Assembly: GCA_964016885.1 (NCBI GenBank)
Contig: OZ024752.1
Span: 42,036,001 to 42,100,000 of the forward strand
DNA from: Eledone cirrhosa
Taxonomy: Eukaryota
Reading direction: 5' to 3'
DNA: 64,000 bases
A program made the position numbers and the translations under genes. The notes under the pieces are model-generated. The model searched no databases and was not told the origin of the DNA. It saw only the letters and a list, made by a program, of their open reading frames with translations. Each line of letters starts with the position of its first letter. The stretch's first letter is position 1. Below are positions 1-13,254 of the stretch, one piece after another.

Positions 1-1106
1 TTTAACTTGGGGAGAGGAGATCCCAGTACATTTGTTCCCGGCTCTGCCCAGCCAGTCCACCCACCTTTCGAGTGTTATGAAACCATGTAATCAGGTCAGT
101 ACAACGAAACGAAGCCCCTAATTTTATATTTTTATTCTTATTGTCATAAATAGGTCATGTTTGTTGTTCCCTTTTTTTCAGGCAAAAATCCCCTGTAAAT
201 GGTGAGAAAATAGCGATTGTTTACAGGTGACTACAACGCCCCCTTGCCCACTTTTTCCCTTTCTTTCTGTTAAGAATATGTAATAAGGTTTGTAATATTT
301 ATCCTAGGTAAATATGACATTTAAGGGGCATTTCTTACTGTTCACTTTTATGTTCTGCCTAATCTTTTATTTTTACGTTAGTCACGATTTTATATGAATT
401 GTTTCAGATGATTTTTTAACCCCTTCTTACCATATTTCTAATGAAAAACAAACAGACAAACAGACAAACAGACAAACAGACAAACAAACAAACAAACACT
501 GCCTATGGTCTTTAAATAATTTTGAAAATAATCAAGAATTTGAAGGAATTTTGTTATATAATTAACTTTCTACCATGCGTCCTGGAGGTCGAAGGTTGCC
601 AATTCGCCACCTTATATAATACACGCGTGTATGTGTAGTGAATAATGAATATAAAACAAAAATCAAAGATATGTTTCTTTATTAGCCACAGGGGCACAAA
701 AGAAGGGGACAAATACAAAGGGGAGGTTTACATATAATAAAAACCTGTAAAATACTATCACAAATGCAATTTAAAAAACAATCGATTTTCCCCAATAGGA
801 GGAGACATTACATATGGGTAACACATAGCCCCGAAAAAAATGTGCAACCCTCATCTCCAGGAGTACGAAGAGTGAGTAGCCCTTTCCTCTCTTCCTCTTT
901 TTCCTCCACCTACAGGTTGTTAATTGCCGCATTTCCCGGCGTCGAAGACGCTACTTTTTCCCCTAAAATAAGTCTCAAAAATCTACCCCGAAGGTTGTTT
1001 ATTATTTTTTTTTCAAATTTTTGGTTGTCAAAATTAGGGGCGCCGGGAAATACGGTAGTTTAATTAATATTCAGTGATGACATTATTTTAGTGAACAGGT
1101 CATTGT

Positions 1107-1290
1107 GGATTGGCAGTATAGGTAGAGGGTCGGACGCCATGCTTTCCAGCATAGTTACGTCCCTTTACGATCTGAGTTCAAATCCCGCCGAGGTTGACTT
1201 TGCCTTTCATCCTTACGGGGTCGATAAAATAAAGTACCAGTAATGCACTGGATAATTGCTGGCCTTGTGCCAAAAGTAGAAACAATTAAT
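1107..1290 (+). mobile_element. tRNA-derived SINE (~190 bp), the dominant family with more than 30 copies or units in the window
   Basis: A-box-like TGGCAGTATCGGT, B-box GAGTTCAAATCC, conserved body GCCTTTCATCCTTACGGGGTCGATAAAATAAAGTACCAG (resembles the Meta/MESC-type central domain), AATTAT tail. Other copies include 2732-2920(-), 3321-3512, 4418-4600, 5746-5933, 13283-13468(-), 14498-14650(-), 16425-16612, 22757-22950(-), 36378-36600, 38454-38648, 40033-40225(-), 42352-42543(-), 58682-58868(-). Confidence 0.9.
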
Positions 1291-1737
1291 TTTCTTTGTC
1301 TCTACAGAAACATTGTGTCAATGACAAGAAACATTGTGTCAATGACAAGAAACATTGTGTCAATGACAAGACTATTGGTATGCAAAGAAAATGTCAACAC
1401 TTCAGGAAATTAAAGATAAGTGGAAATAACAGATGTTTTTTTTTTGCGTCTTCTTGAATAATTAACGACGTAATTGCTCTCTCTCTCTCTACTCACACAC
1501 ATATACACACACATCCACTACCAAACACATACACACACACACACACACATCCACACTCACACACACATCCACACTCACAAACACACATACACACACACAC
1601 ATACATCCACACATACACACACATCCACTACCAAACACATACACACACACACACACACATCCACACTCACACACACATCCACACTCACAAACACACATAC
1701 ACACACACACATACATCCACACATACACACACACACA

Positions 1738-1909
1738 TACTGTATTTCCCGGCGCCGAAGACGCTTCGTCCTCCAGGACGCACCCTAATTTTGATAACCA
1801 AAAATTTGAAAAACAATAATAAACAACTTTCGGTGTCAAGGACACATGGTAGATTTTTTTAGACTTATTTTAGGGAAAAAGTAGCGTCTTCTACGCCGGG
1901 AAATACGGT
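1738..1909. mobile_element. ~170-bp MITE (Tc1/pogo-like TIR CCGTATTTCCCGGCG..GAAGACGC)
   Basis: Terminal inverted repeats; homologs at 926-1058 (internally deleted) and 13082-13254. Confidence 0.75.
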
Positions 1910-1995
1910 TTATATTATTTATTAATGTTCATACATAATGTAGATAAGAAGCTTCTAGATCTATTAAATAGACATTTCTCACCACAACATTGATA

Positions 1996-2490
1996 CAGTA
2001 AAATCTTCAATCGCAATTTCGTCAACAATTCATGTGGCCCATCTCGGAAATCGAAATTACCGCAAAGAATAAACCCGACGCAAATCCAAGTTGCTCTTGT
2101 AGGATTAAAGAGAACTGCCCTCTCCAAATATCAAATTCATTGAGTATGAAACAGAGATTAGACTCCATAAAAAACGGTAGCCTTAGATATGTGGGTATGG
2201 TGCAAGATCGTTTTAAACAACGTTTTTACTCGCATTTCCTCTCCTTCAGGAATCCAGATATGAGAACCAACACGACCCTAGCAAAAAGAGCCTGACAATT
2301 AAAGGAGAACGGAGTCCCATATAAGATTATTTAGAAGGTACTTGAAAGGTCCAGACCTTATATCAATGGTACCAAGTGATGTTGTCTTTGCCTCAGTGAA
2401 AAATTTAGGTTTGTCGTCTCCGAACAAGAATTATTGGAATTCAAAGAACGAAATTTTTAGAGGATGTCTACTTCTCAAAGATTAACTTGT
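1996..2490 (+). pseudogene. Decayed Penelope-like element C-terminus: Cys-rich linker plus GIY-YIG endonuclease
   Basis: CSCRIKENCPL...YVGMVQDRFKQRFYSHFLSFRN...TTLAK, continuing past stops as LKENGVPYKII*KVLERSRPYINGTK*CCLCLSEK; this is the pattern of metazoan PLE GIY-YIG domains. Confidence 0.8.
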
Positions 2491-3807
2491 CACGTTTTAT
2501 GGGTGTTGTGCCAATATATATTTTAATAAATATTTTTAAAGGGGCAGGGGCTTCTTGCACTGAAGCTCTGCAATGTTGCGCACGAGTCCCATATATACAT
2601 ATCGTACTATGATCACAATGGTTTCCATATGTAAATCAGGTACTGTTTATAAACATTATTTTATCTATCTTAACTATAATAAAGGAAGGTCTGACCCCCG
2701 TTTGTAAAATAAGTTGGATTACTTTGAATAAATAATTGTTTCTACTTTTGGCACAAGGCCAGCAATTATTCCAGTGCATTACTGGTACTTTATTTTATCG
2801 ACCCCGTAAGGATGAAAGGCAAAGTTAACCTCGGCGGGATTTGAACTCAGATCATAAAGGGAGGTAACTCTATGCTTCAAAGCATGGCGTCCGACCCTCT
2901 ACCGATACTGCCAATCCACATAATGAATGAATATATAATAATTCATGTGCTAAATTTCGTGGCTGTTGATTAAATATATGTTATAGCTTATTTAAAGATC
3001 GTTAAAATTCAATTCTTTAAAATTATCAAATCTCAACACTTCCGGTGAGCGGCCGTTATATTATAACACTTATAATCGCATATATTTCCGTTGCTAATTT
3101 TCTCCGAATGCAGTTTATATATATGTCGGCTTTTTTTTTAATATATCATGGATTACTGATTACAGAAGACAGTGTAACATAGGCTTTGTTCAATTTCTGT
3201 GTATATTGTCAATTACGATTTTATTTAATGTATCATATTTACATGCATATATATTTGTATATAATATCAATATACACACTACACATGCTAGCAGAAAACC
3301 ACACGTAGGGTATCTATAATGGGCGGTGGATTGGCAGTATCTGTAGAGGGTCGGATGCCATGCTTTCCAGCATAGAGTTACGTCCCTTTCCATTATGAGT
3401 TCAAATCCCGTCGAGGTTAACTTTGCCTTTCATCCTTACGGTGTCGATAAAATAAAGTACCAGTAATGCAATGGGGTAATTGCTAACCTTGTGTCAAAAG
3501 TAGAAACAGTTATTTTATCTATATTGCTAGTTAAGCTATCTTTGTCTCTGATATATCTTAGCTTGGGTCTAGAATTAGGACTGTTTATTTCTTTGCAATC
3601 ATCTTATTTTATTCTACTTTATTTCATTTGGTTATTTTATTTGTTTTATTTATTTATTTATATATTTATTTATATTATTAATACAATTCGAGTCTTAATT
3701 ATTTTTTTCTATAACGATTGCTGTTTCTGAAAGTTTCTTAACTTTGACCTCCGCCTGGGAAACCATTTTATGACCATCAATAAATGTCATTAACAATTGC
3801 ATGATTC

Positions 3808-4410
3808 AGACGTTAGTTTTCGTTATATCCCACGACTTGAGACGTTAGTTTTCGTTTTGATATCTCACGACTTGAGACGTTGGTTTTCGTTTTGATATCC
3901 CACGACTTGAGACGTTGGTTTTCGTTTTGATACTCCATGAGACATTGGTTTTCGTTTTGATATCCCACGACTTGAGACGTTGGTTTTCGTTTTGATATCC
4001 CACGACTTGAGACGTTGGTTTTCGTTTTGATATCCCACGACTTGAGACGTTGGTTTTCGTTTTGATATCCCACGACTTGAGACGTTGGTTTTCGTTTTGA
4101 TATCCCACGACTTGAGACGTTAGTTTTCGTTTTGATATCCCACGACTTGAGACGTTAGTTTTCGTTTTGATACTCCATGAGACATTGGTTTTCGTTTTGA
4201 TATCCCACGACTTGAGACGTTGGTTTTCGTTTTGATATCCCACGACTTGAGACGTTGGTTTTCGTTTTGATATCCCACGACTTGAGACGTTGGTTTTCGT
4301 TTTGATATCCCACGACTTGAGACGTTGGTTTTCGTTTTGATATCCCACGACTTGAGACGTTAGTTTTCGTTTTGATACTCCATGAGACATTGGTTTTCGT
4401 TTTGATATCC
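3808..4410. repeat. 35-bp minisatellite with periodic 30-bp variant units
   Basis: Unit gagacgttggttttcgttttgatatcccacgactt; variant ctccatgagacatt at about 3933, 4173 and 4378. Confidence 0.95.
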
Positions 4411-4848
4411 ATTATCAGTGGATTGGCAGTATCGGTAGAGGGTCGGACGCCATGCTTTCCAGCATAGTTACGTCCCTTTACGGTCTGAGTTCAAATCCCA
4501 TCGAGGTTAACTTTGCCTTTCATCCTTACGGGGTCGATAAAATAAAGTACCAGTAATGCACTGGGTAATGCTGGCCTTGTGCCAAATGTAGAAACAATTA
4601 TCAATTGCACGACTAATATCTCTTTTTGACCATATTATTATTATTTGGATTGGCAGTATCGGTAGAGCGTCGGGCACCATGCTTTGTATCACAGAGTTTT
4701 GGCCCTTTACGCTATGAGTCCAAATCCCGCCGAGGTCACTCTGTGTGTGTGTATGTGTGTGTGTATGTATGTATGTGTGTGTGTGTGCGCGTGTGTGTGT
4801 GTGTGTGAGTGTGTGTGTGAATAAAAAAACAACAACCAGTATTTAAAG

Positions 4849-5190
4849 CAGGCATGGGCAACCTTTTTCGAGAAGCGGGCCGCATGAGATACGGCTCATC
4901 GTCAGGCAGGTTGCATGAGATATGGCACATCATCAGGCGGGCCGCAAGCGCTAATTTACATTCGTGCCGACATTAAAAAAAAAGGGGTGGTAACTCAGGT
5001 TGTTTTGATTTGTTTCTTCAGAATTCGTACGTTGTTTTCCTCGATCGTAAAAATAATAGAAAGATAAATTACGACTGAAAAATTTGGGTAAAAAAATCAG
5101 AAAGATTTTTTACTTAGGTGACTTAGGCGAACCATTCAGAATGCTTCGCGGACTGCATGCGGCCGGCGGGCCGCAGTTTACCCATGACTG
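4849..5190. mobile_element. hAT-family MITE
   Basis: TIR CAGGCATGGGCAA / TTACCCATGACTG; perfect 8-bp TSD ATTTAAAG. Confidence 0.85.
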
Positions 5191-5218
5191 ATTTAAAGTT
5201 AGAATTAAATCATTTAAT

Positions 5219-5293
5219 TGATTGACAAACGTTTCGTTTTCGATTAAAATAACAGGAATATTCATTCCTGATATATTAATCTCTTCAGAATCA
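5219..5293 (-). ncRNA. Type I hammerhead ribozyme-like fold (with a 6-nt insertion)
   Basis: Minus strand: UGAUU-CUGAAGA-stem II (GAUUAA...UUAAUC)-GAAAAC-GAAA-CGUUUG-UC-AAUCA. Confidence 0.55.
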
Positions 5294-5294
5294 C

Positions 5295-5650
5295 GGCATG
5301 ATCACCTTCCCGTTCTGCGGTGGCAAACCCCTCGTCTGGGATGCCACTTGCACCGACACTTTCTCCAGCCGCAACCTGGTGCAGTCTGCGACTAACCCAG
5401 GTTCTGCTGCACGTCGGGCTGAAGAGGTCAAACTCCTCAAATACCGGTCGCTCTCCGACAGGTTTGCGGTTGTACCCTTGGCAGTGGAGACTACAGGTGT
5501 CCTCGGCCCTAGGGCTACCTCCCTACTCACCACCATAGGCGCTGAACTGGCCAGCCGCAGGTGTGAGCCTCGCGAGTTGGAATGGCTTTTCCAGCGCGAG
5601 TCCCTTACCGTCCTCCGGGGAAATGCCTTCTCCATTCTGTCCGCCGGAGC
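5295..5650 (+). mobile_element. CRE-clade-like non-LTR retrotransposon 3' fragment (restriction-like endonuclease domain)
   Basis: GKPLVWDATCTDT...AARRAEEVKLLKY..L...VPLAVETTGVLG...LFQR.S..VLRGNA matches the PD-(D/E)xK RLE C-terminus; 5' truncated. Confidence 0.75.
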
Positions 5651-6054
5651 TGTGGGGAGGCCATCAATACGATTGACTGACTTGTCATTATATCAGTCAA
5701 CACATTCTAACACGTTGAATACCATTATCGACTCTATTGTGGAGGGAGGTGGATTGGCAGTATCGGTAGAGAGTCGGACGCCTTGCTTTCCAGCATAGTT
5801 ACGTCCCTTTACGATCTAAGTTCAAATCCTGCCGAGGTTGACTTTGCCTTTCATCCTTACAGGGTCGATAAAATAAAGTACCAGTAATGCACTGGGTAAT
5901 TGCAGGCCTTGTGCCTAAAGTAGAAACAATTATCGACTCTAATGTGTCTGGAACAATATTTCGTAATATCACATAAATATTTACCAAAAACATGACCATA
6001 AGACAATCATAGAAGTCTGAAAACGTAAACAACTCCTTCATCTGCTTGTGTTAT

Positions 6055-6597
6055 CAACTTATCTAAGCTCTTATATATATATATATATAGCCATCAACTC
6101 ATTTAAGCTCTTATATATATATATATATAGCCATCAACTCATTTAAGCTCTTATATATATATATATATAGCCATCAACTCATTTAAGCTCTTATATATAT
6201 ATATATATAGCCATCAACTCATTTAAGCTCTTATATATATATATATATAGCCATCAACTCATTTAAGCTCTTATATATATATATATATAGCCATCAACTC
6301 ATTTAAGCTCTTATATATATATATATATAGCCATCAACTCATTTAAGCTCTTATATATATATATATATATATATATAGCCATCAACTCATTTAAGCTCTT
6401 ATATATATATATATATAGCCATCAACTCATTTAAGCTCTTATATATATATATATATAGCCATCAACTCATTTAAGCTCTTATATATATATATAGCCATCA
6501 ACTCATTTAAGCTCTTATATATATATATATATAGCCATCAACTCATTTAAGCTCTTATATATATATATATATATAGCCATCAACTCATTTAAGCTCT

Positions 6598-6600
<3 letters not shown>
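6055..6600. repeat. ~40-bp minisatellite gccatcaactcatttaagctct(ta)n
   Basis: About 13 tandem units with variable TA tract. Confidence 0.95.
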
Positions 6601-6646
<46 letters not shown>

Positions 6647-6813
6647 TAAGGAAATGTGGTAAGGAACCAGGTGGACCATAACGCACCAAAGTACTCAATA
6701 CTTAGGGTAGTAGAGTGGGTAATAGGAAGAAGTAAGACCCCGACGGCTGAGCTCAAGCCGTTTTTTAGCCGTCGAAACGGCTTGAGCTCAGCCGTCGGGG
6801 TCTTACTTGTTCC

Positions 6814-6844
<31 letters not shown>

Positions 6845-6984
6845 ATACTTGGGGAGGGTCATATTTATGTAATATTGCCAGAATTAATAAGACACAGAAG
6901 CGAAAAGCGAAAACCAACCAAACAGTGAGTGTGTTCTGTTATTAATTCTGGCAATATTACACAAATATGACCCTCCCCAAGTAT

Positions 6985-7051
<67 letters not shown>

Positions 7052-7260
7052 AGCTTAGATGAGTTGATGTCTATATATGTATGTATATATATATATATAT
7101 ATATATATTACACAAATATGACCCTCCCCAAGTATAACAATATTCGCCGTTATATATATATATATATATATAACGGCGATGAATTAGTTTTGCGAGGTTT
7201 TTTATATGAAATCGTGTGTCGAAACAAATATTGTTATACTTGGGGAGGGTCATATTTGTG

Positions 7261-7301
<41 letters not shown>

Positions 7302-7322
7302 CATATATAGACATCAACTAAG

Positions 7323-7368
<46 letters not shown>

Positions 7369-7573
7369 CATATATAGACATCAACTAAGCTCATATATAT
7401 ATATATATATATATATATAGCCATCAATTTAGTTTTCACGTGCAGAATTGAGATGAGTTCTTGTGATAAATGTGTAAAACTCCAGATCTTGTTTAAAGAA
7501 CGGAAATAATTAAATAATGGGAACCGACATCTTTAATATAGTATATCAATTTCACGTCTATATATGTGTATAT

Positions 7574-7685
<112 letters not shown>

Positions 7686-7856
7686 ATTTGAATATATAAA
7701 TATATATATGTATATATATATATGTATGTAAAAGGTAAACAGAAATAAAAACACAATCGGTACAGTATATGGAAGGGATATATTAGGGTAACGCTTGATA
7801 TAGCAGGAAATAGATGTATATATATATATATATATATAAGAGCTTAGATGAGTTGA

Positions 7857-7938
<82 letters not shown>

Positions 7939-8413
7939 ACGTTCTGCGTTCAAATCCCACCAGGTTTAAACAGCGCGCACGATACATAAGTCACGTGGAC
8001 GTCACGTGGGCGTCTCAACGACGCCATTCGGAATTAAGAGCTCTTCTTACAATAGAGTGCAATTGGTACTAGCAGGGACCGTACCAACGCCACTACTAAT
8101 ATTCCTTGAACCCCCTTTCAAATATATTTAGGGGGGGGGGGTTCATTGGTTCTATAAGACAGAATTAAATTCTTTATCCACCCCACCGCACCCCACCCCA
8201 CCACCATCGGATACTCCAACCCAACCCCGTCCCCATCATCCTATGCCTTTGTTCTGTGTGACGGCGGTAACGGTGATGGCGGATGTAGTGGTGGTGGTGG
8301 TGGTGGTGATAGTGACGATTAGGTGGTGGGGGTGGGTGGGGGGTGGGTGCAGGAGCTGGTGATGAAGATGCTGGTGGTTGTTGTTGTTGTTGTTGTGGTT
8401 GTGTGTTTGTTTG

Positions 8414-8471
<58 letters not shown>

Positions 8472-8474
8472 CAA

Positions 8475-8533
<59 letters not shown>

Positions 8534-8691
8534 TATATATGCATGTGTGTGCATGCTTCCACTACCACTACCATGATCGTCACAATCACTACAAAACCAC
8601 CACCACCACCACTACCACCACCACTACCACTACCACTACCATCATCAGCATCATCATCATCACTTTCAATACCACTACCATGAACAACTTC

Positions 8692-8723
<32 letters not shown>

Positions 8724-8785
8724 CCACCAGCAACCAACAACCACCATGTATATATATATATATGTATATATATACATATATATAT

Positions 8786-8995
8786 ATAGGAACGAGTAGG
8801 ACCCCGACGGCTGAACTCAAGCCGATCCGACGGCTAATTCTGGACTAAAATCTTTTAGTCCAGAATTAGCCGTCGAAACGGCTTGAGCTCAGCCGTCGGG
8901 GTCCTACTCGTTCCTATTACCCACTCTACTACCCTAAGTATTGAGTACTTTGGTGCGTTATGGTCCACCTGGTTCCTTACCACATTTCCTTCGTT
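8786..8995 (+). mobile_element. ~200-bp TA-inserted element with 5' inverted duplication (family A)
   Basis: TAGGAAC..GACCCCGACGGCTGAGCTCAAGCCG..inverted..TACCCACTCTAC..GAGTACTTTGGTGCGTTATGGTCCACCTGGTTCCTTACCAC; copies at 6646-6815(-), 12645-12805(-), 18705-18880, 25237-25310, 27900-27975(-), 31995-32116, 33121-33316, 37498-37696. Confidence 0.8.
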
Positions 8996-9092
8996 ATATA
9001 TATATATATATATCTATATATATGCATATGTTCCAAGGCTCTGATACCATCAATACTATAAACACAGAGCTGGCATATCTAAGAACTGACTA

Positions 9093-9148
9093 ACTGCCTG
9101 ATGAGGTCGTAGCCATTCAATGGCTATCATCGAAATATATATAGCAGT
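9093..9148 (+). ncRNA. Minimal type I hammerhead ribozyme (Penelope-type)
   Basis: ACUGC-CUGAUGA-GGU..UAGCCAU/AUGGCUA..AUC-GAAA-UAUAUA-UA-GCAGU; palindromic stem III segment; AATAAA directly downstream. Confidence 0.85.
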
Positions 9149-9339
9149 AAATAAAGGATTATGAGTTAGTTCATGCAATTGACTTATGTTTCGTCACTCT
9201 CTCTCTCTCTCTATATATATATATATGTATATATATATATAGTGATGGAACACTGGAAGCTAATATCCGTAGTGGTAGAGCACTCAGTCCATGGGACGAG
9301 TTAGGTAGAAGTGGTTACACAACAGTTAGTTCACCATAC

Positions 9340-9377
9340 CGAGAACAATTGTTTCACTTTAGCGGATCCTCAGCTCG
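9340..9377 (-). ncRNA. Minimal hammerhead candidate with weak stem II
   Basis: Minus strand: CGAG-CUGAGGA-UCCGCUAAAGU-GAAA-CAAUUG-UU-CUCG; lies in a TA-flanked element with a 28-bp inverted repeat (9361-9424). Confidence 0.55.
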
Positions 9378-9707
9378 TAATGGACATGATTGTACCCATG
9401 TCTATTACGAGCTGAGGATCCGCTTCTATATATATATATATATATATACATATTGTTATACTTGGGGAGGGTCATATTGTTGTAATAATATTGCTAGCCA
9501 GCACCACAACCACCACCATCACCACCACCACCACCACCACCACCACCACTGCACCTAGCCACCACTACTTGCACCACCACCAACACCACTGTTCCTATCC
9601 CCAACACCACCAGTACCTTCTCCACCACCATCAGCACCACCACCATCAGCACCACCACCATCATCATCATCATTGTGCCAAACTGAAAGGATATTGAAAA
9701 GTATATA

Positions 9708-10122
9708 CAAGGTGTGGACGATATTTGTTCGCAATTTTCAACTGCTAATTTTATGCAAATTCTTTTTACTTCCGTCGTCACTCTTGTCTTCATAAAAACA
9801 GTGACTATATTTCCATTATTTATTTTCAGAATAATTGATTATGAATAATTTTGAACCTCCAAATTTGTGGAAGAGACACGGAGTTCCTCTTGGAATCCAC
9901 GTTGGGAGGACAAATAAGGAAATTTCAGACTTTCTCAGCGACAGCAGGAGAATGGTGGAAAAGGTCTGAAAGGAATTGGAAGATCCAGGATTCGACTACG
10001 AAGCAACATCAGAGAGGAAAGACCAACTGACCCAAGTTTGATAAATAAATCTTAAAAAATAAAACTACTGTGTTACTTTTTCCGAGACAGTAATCTTGCG
10101 AACAAATATCGTCCGCACCCTG
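9708..10122. mobile_element. Tc1/mariner-type MITE
   Basis: ~27-bp TIR CAAGGTGTGGACGATATTTGTTCGCAA / TTGCGAACAAATATCGTCCGCACCCTG, flanked by TA. Confidence 0.8.
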
Positions 10123-10176
10123 TATATATATATAAATATATATATAAGAACAAAAGATGGTTAAAAGAGTTCCATG

Positions 10177-10247
10177 TATTTTATTATGCGCATTTCAAAA
10201 ACAAATATCATCATGCAATAATATTTGTGTTTTCATCAGATAAAATA
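10177..10247 (-). ncRNA. Minimal type I hammerhead ribozyme
   Basis: Minus strand: UAUUUUAU-CUGAUGA-stem II-GAAA-UGCGCA-UA-AUAAAAUA; same family as 11767-11837. Confidence 0.8.
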
Positions 10248-10300
10248 GGAAGACATGATATGAAGGTTAAAAAACACTTGTGGATAGTGCAGTTTTAAAT

Positions 10301-11088
<788 letters not shown>

Positions 11089-11231
11089 AGATAGATAGAT
11101 AGATAGATAGATAGATATGATTCCAGTTCCTCAGTGAAATAACAACCCAACCAGGAACTGGGCATATCAGAGTATTGACAAGGTTAAACACCTCAAAAAC
11201 ATGTGTACTCGTCTCTACCACACTAATTCGG

Positions 11232-11286
11232 ACTGCCTGAAGAGGTTACAGCCAAAGATGGCTGTCACCGAAATATATATAGCAGT
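11232..11286 (+). ncRNA. Minimal type I hammerhead ribozyme
   Basis: ACUGC-CUGAAGA-GGU.ACAGCCA/UGGCUGU.ACC-GAAA-UAUAUA-UA-GCAGU-AAUAAA; stem II covaries with the 9093 copy. Confidence 0.87.
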
Positions 11287-11433
11287 AATAAACGAAGCCA
11301 AATTTTAAACATTTGACTTAGTTATTTTATTTTATTTTACATTACTCCGGAATAACCAAACCAACCTGCGCACCTCGTCGAGTGCTCCAATCTACATACT
11401 GAGGTGTCGGTAAACAACCAACATATACTCAAA

Positions 11434-11468
<35 letters not shown>

Positions 11469-11551
11469 GGAGGTGAGTTTTATTGTAGTACAATAAAGCA
11501 ATGCAGATATCGGATAAGAAGCACTCTACAGTTTGTAGGACTGGAGTATAC

Positions 11552-11867
11552 ATAATATAAGATCAAAAGATGGTTAAAGGAGTTCCATGTATTTTATTAT
11601 GCGCATTTCAAAAACAAACATCATCATGCAATAATATTTGTGTTTTCATCAGATAAAACAGGAGAACATGATATGAAGGCTAAAAAACACTTGTGGATAG
11701 TGCAGTTATGTTGATTTAAAACTGCACTATCCACAAGTGTTTTTTAGCCTTCATATCATGTTCTCCTGTTTTATCTGATGAAAACACAAATATTATTGCA
11801 TGATGATGTTTGTTTTTGAAATGCGCATAATAAAATACATGGAACTCCTTTAACCATCTTTTGATCT

Positions 11868-11875
<8 letters not shown>
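11552..11875. repeat. Perfect inverted repeat, 156-bp arms, 12-nt spacer
   Basis: 11552-11707 is the reverse complement of 11720-11875. Confidence 0.92.
11767..11837 (+). ncRNA. Minimal type I hammerhead ribozyme (mirror copy on minus strand at 11590-11660)
   Basis: UGUUUUAU-CUGAUGA-AAA.ACAAAUAUUA/UGAUGUUUGU.UUU-GAAA-UGCGCA-UA-AUAAAAUA. Confidence 0.82.
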
Positions 11876-11898
<23 letters not shown>

Positions 11899-12049
11899 AG
11901 TGTGTGTGTCTGTGTGTCTTTATGTTCCAGTCTGTCATATATATAGGTTAACAACGTTGCCTACATATGACCCAATTCCAATATCAAAATAACAATTTTA
12001 GTTGCAGAAAGCCTTTCTAACATGAATAACGTTACATAACACTGTTACT

Positions 12050-12485
12050 ATCACCACCACCATCACCACCACCACCACCACCACCACTGTTCCTAGCCTA
12101 CACAACCACCATCACCACCACCACCACCACTGTTCCTAGCCTACACAACCACCATCACCACCACCACCACCACTGTTCCTAGCCTACACAACCACCATCA
12201 CCACCACCACCACCACTGTTCCTAGCCTACACAACCACCATCACCACCACCACCACCACCACTGTTCCTAGCCTACACAACCACCACCACCACCACCACC
12301 ACTGTTCCTAGCCTACACAACCACCATCACCACCACCACCATCACTGTTCCTAGCCTACACAACCACCACCATCTCATCCAGAACCAACACCATCACTGC
12401 CATTATACCACAGTACCACCACCACCACCACCACCACCACCACCAGCACCACAACCACCATCATCATCATCATCATCATCATCAC
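12050..12485. repeat. (CAC)n-based 42-45-bp minisatellite
   Basis: Unit actgttcctagcctacacaaccaccatcaccacc. Confidence 0.9.
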
Positions 12486-12491
12486 TTGCAC

Positions 12492-12538
<47 letters not shown>

Positions 12539-12800
12539 AGATCAAAAGATGGTTAAAGGAGTTCCATGTATTTTATTATGCGCATTACATATATATATAT
12601 ATATATGTATATATGTATATATATACGACATATATATATTATATATAACAAAGGAATTGTGGTAAGGAACCAGATGGACCATAACGCACCAAAGTACTCA
12701 ATACTAAGTGTAGTAGAGTGGGTAATAGGAAAAAGTCGTCGAAACGCTAGAAATAGCCGTCGAAACGGCTTGAGCTCTGCCGTCGGGTCATTCTTTTTCC

Positions 12801-12861
<61 letters not shown>

Positions 12862-13081
12862 TAAAATCCTCGTTACGCTTTACTCCTTATATATATATAT
12901 ATGAGTGTGTGTGTGTGTGTGTGTGTGTGTTAAGAAATTCGCTAAGCAGCCGAAGGCGGTGTGATAGATCAGGGACTCTCGAAACTAGAAACAGGGTAGC
13001 GACATAACCATTATCTACCAGTCGATCTATCGATCTACCATGATCAATCAACCCTCTGAAATGATCGTAAAATAAATCAAC

Positions 13082-13254
13082 TACCGTATTTCCCGGCACC
13101 GAAGACGCTTCGTCCTCGAGAACGCACCCTAATTTTGACAACCAAAAATTTGAAAAAAAAATAATAAACAACCTTCGGTCTCCAGGACTCATGGTAGATT
13201 TTTTTAGACTTATTTTAGGGAAAAAGTAGCGTCTTCTACGCCGGGAAATACGGT
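13082..13254. mobile_element. ~170-bp MITE, same family as 1738-1909
   Basis: TIRs and near-identical body. Confidence 0.75.

Noticed and set aside
1107-1200. tRNA genes suggested by A/B boxes
   Set aside because: These are SINE heads with no cloverleaf, followed by the SINE body.
3808-6600. CRISPR-like appearance of the 35-bp and 40-bp arrays
   Set aside because: There are no unique spacers or cas genes and the context is eukaryotic.
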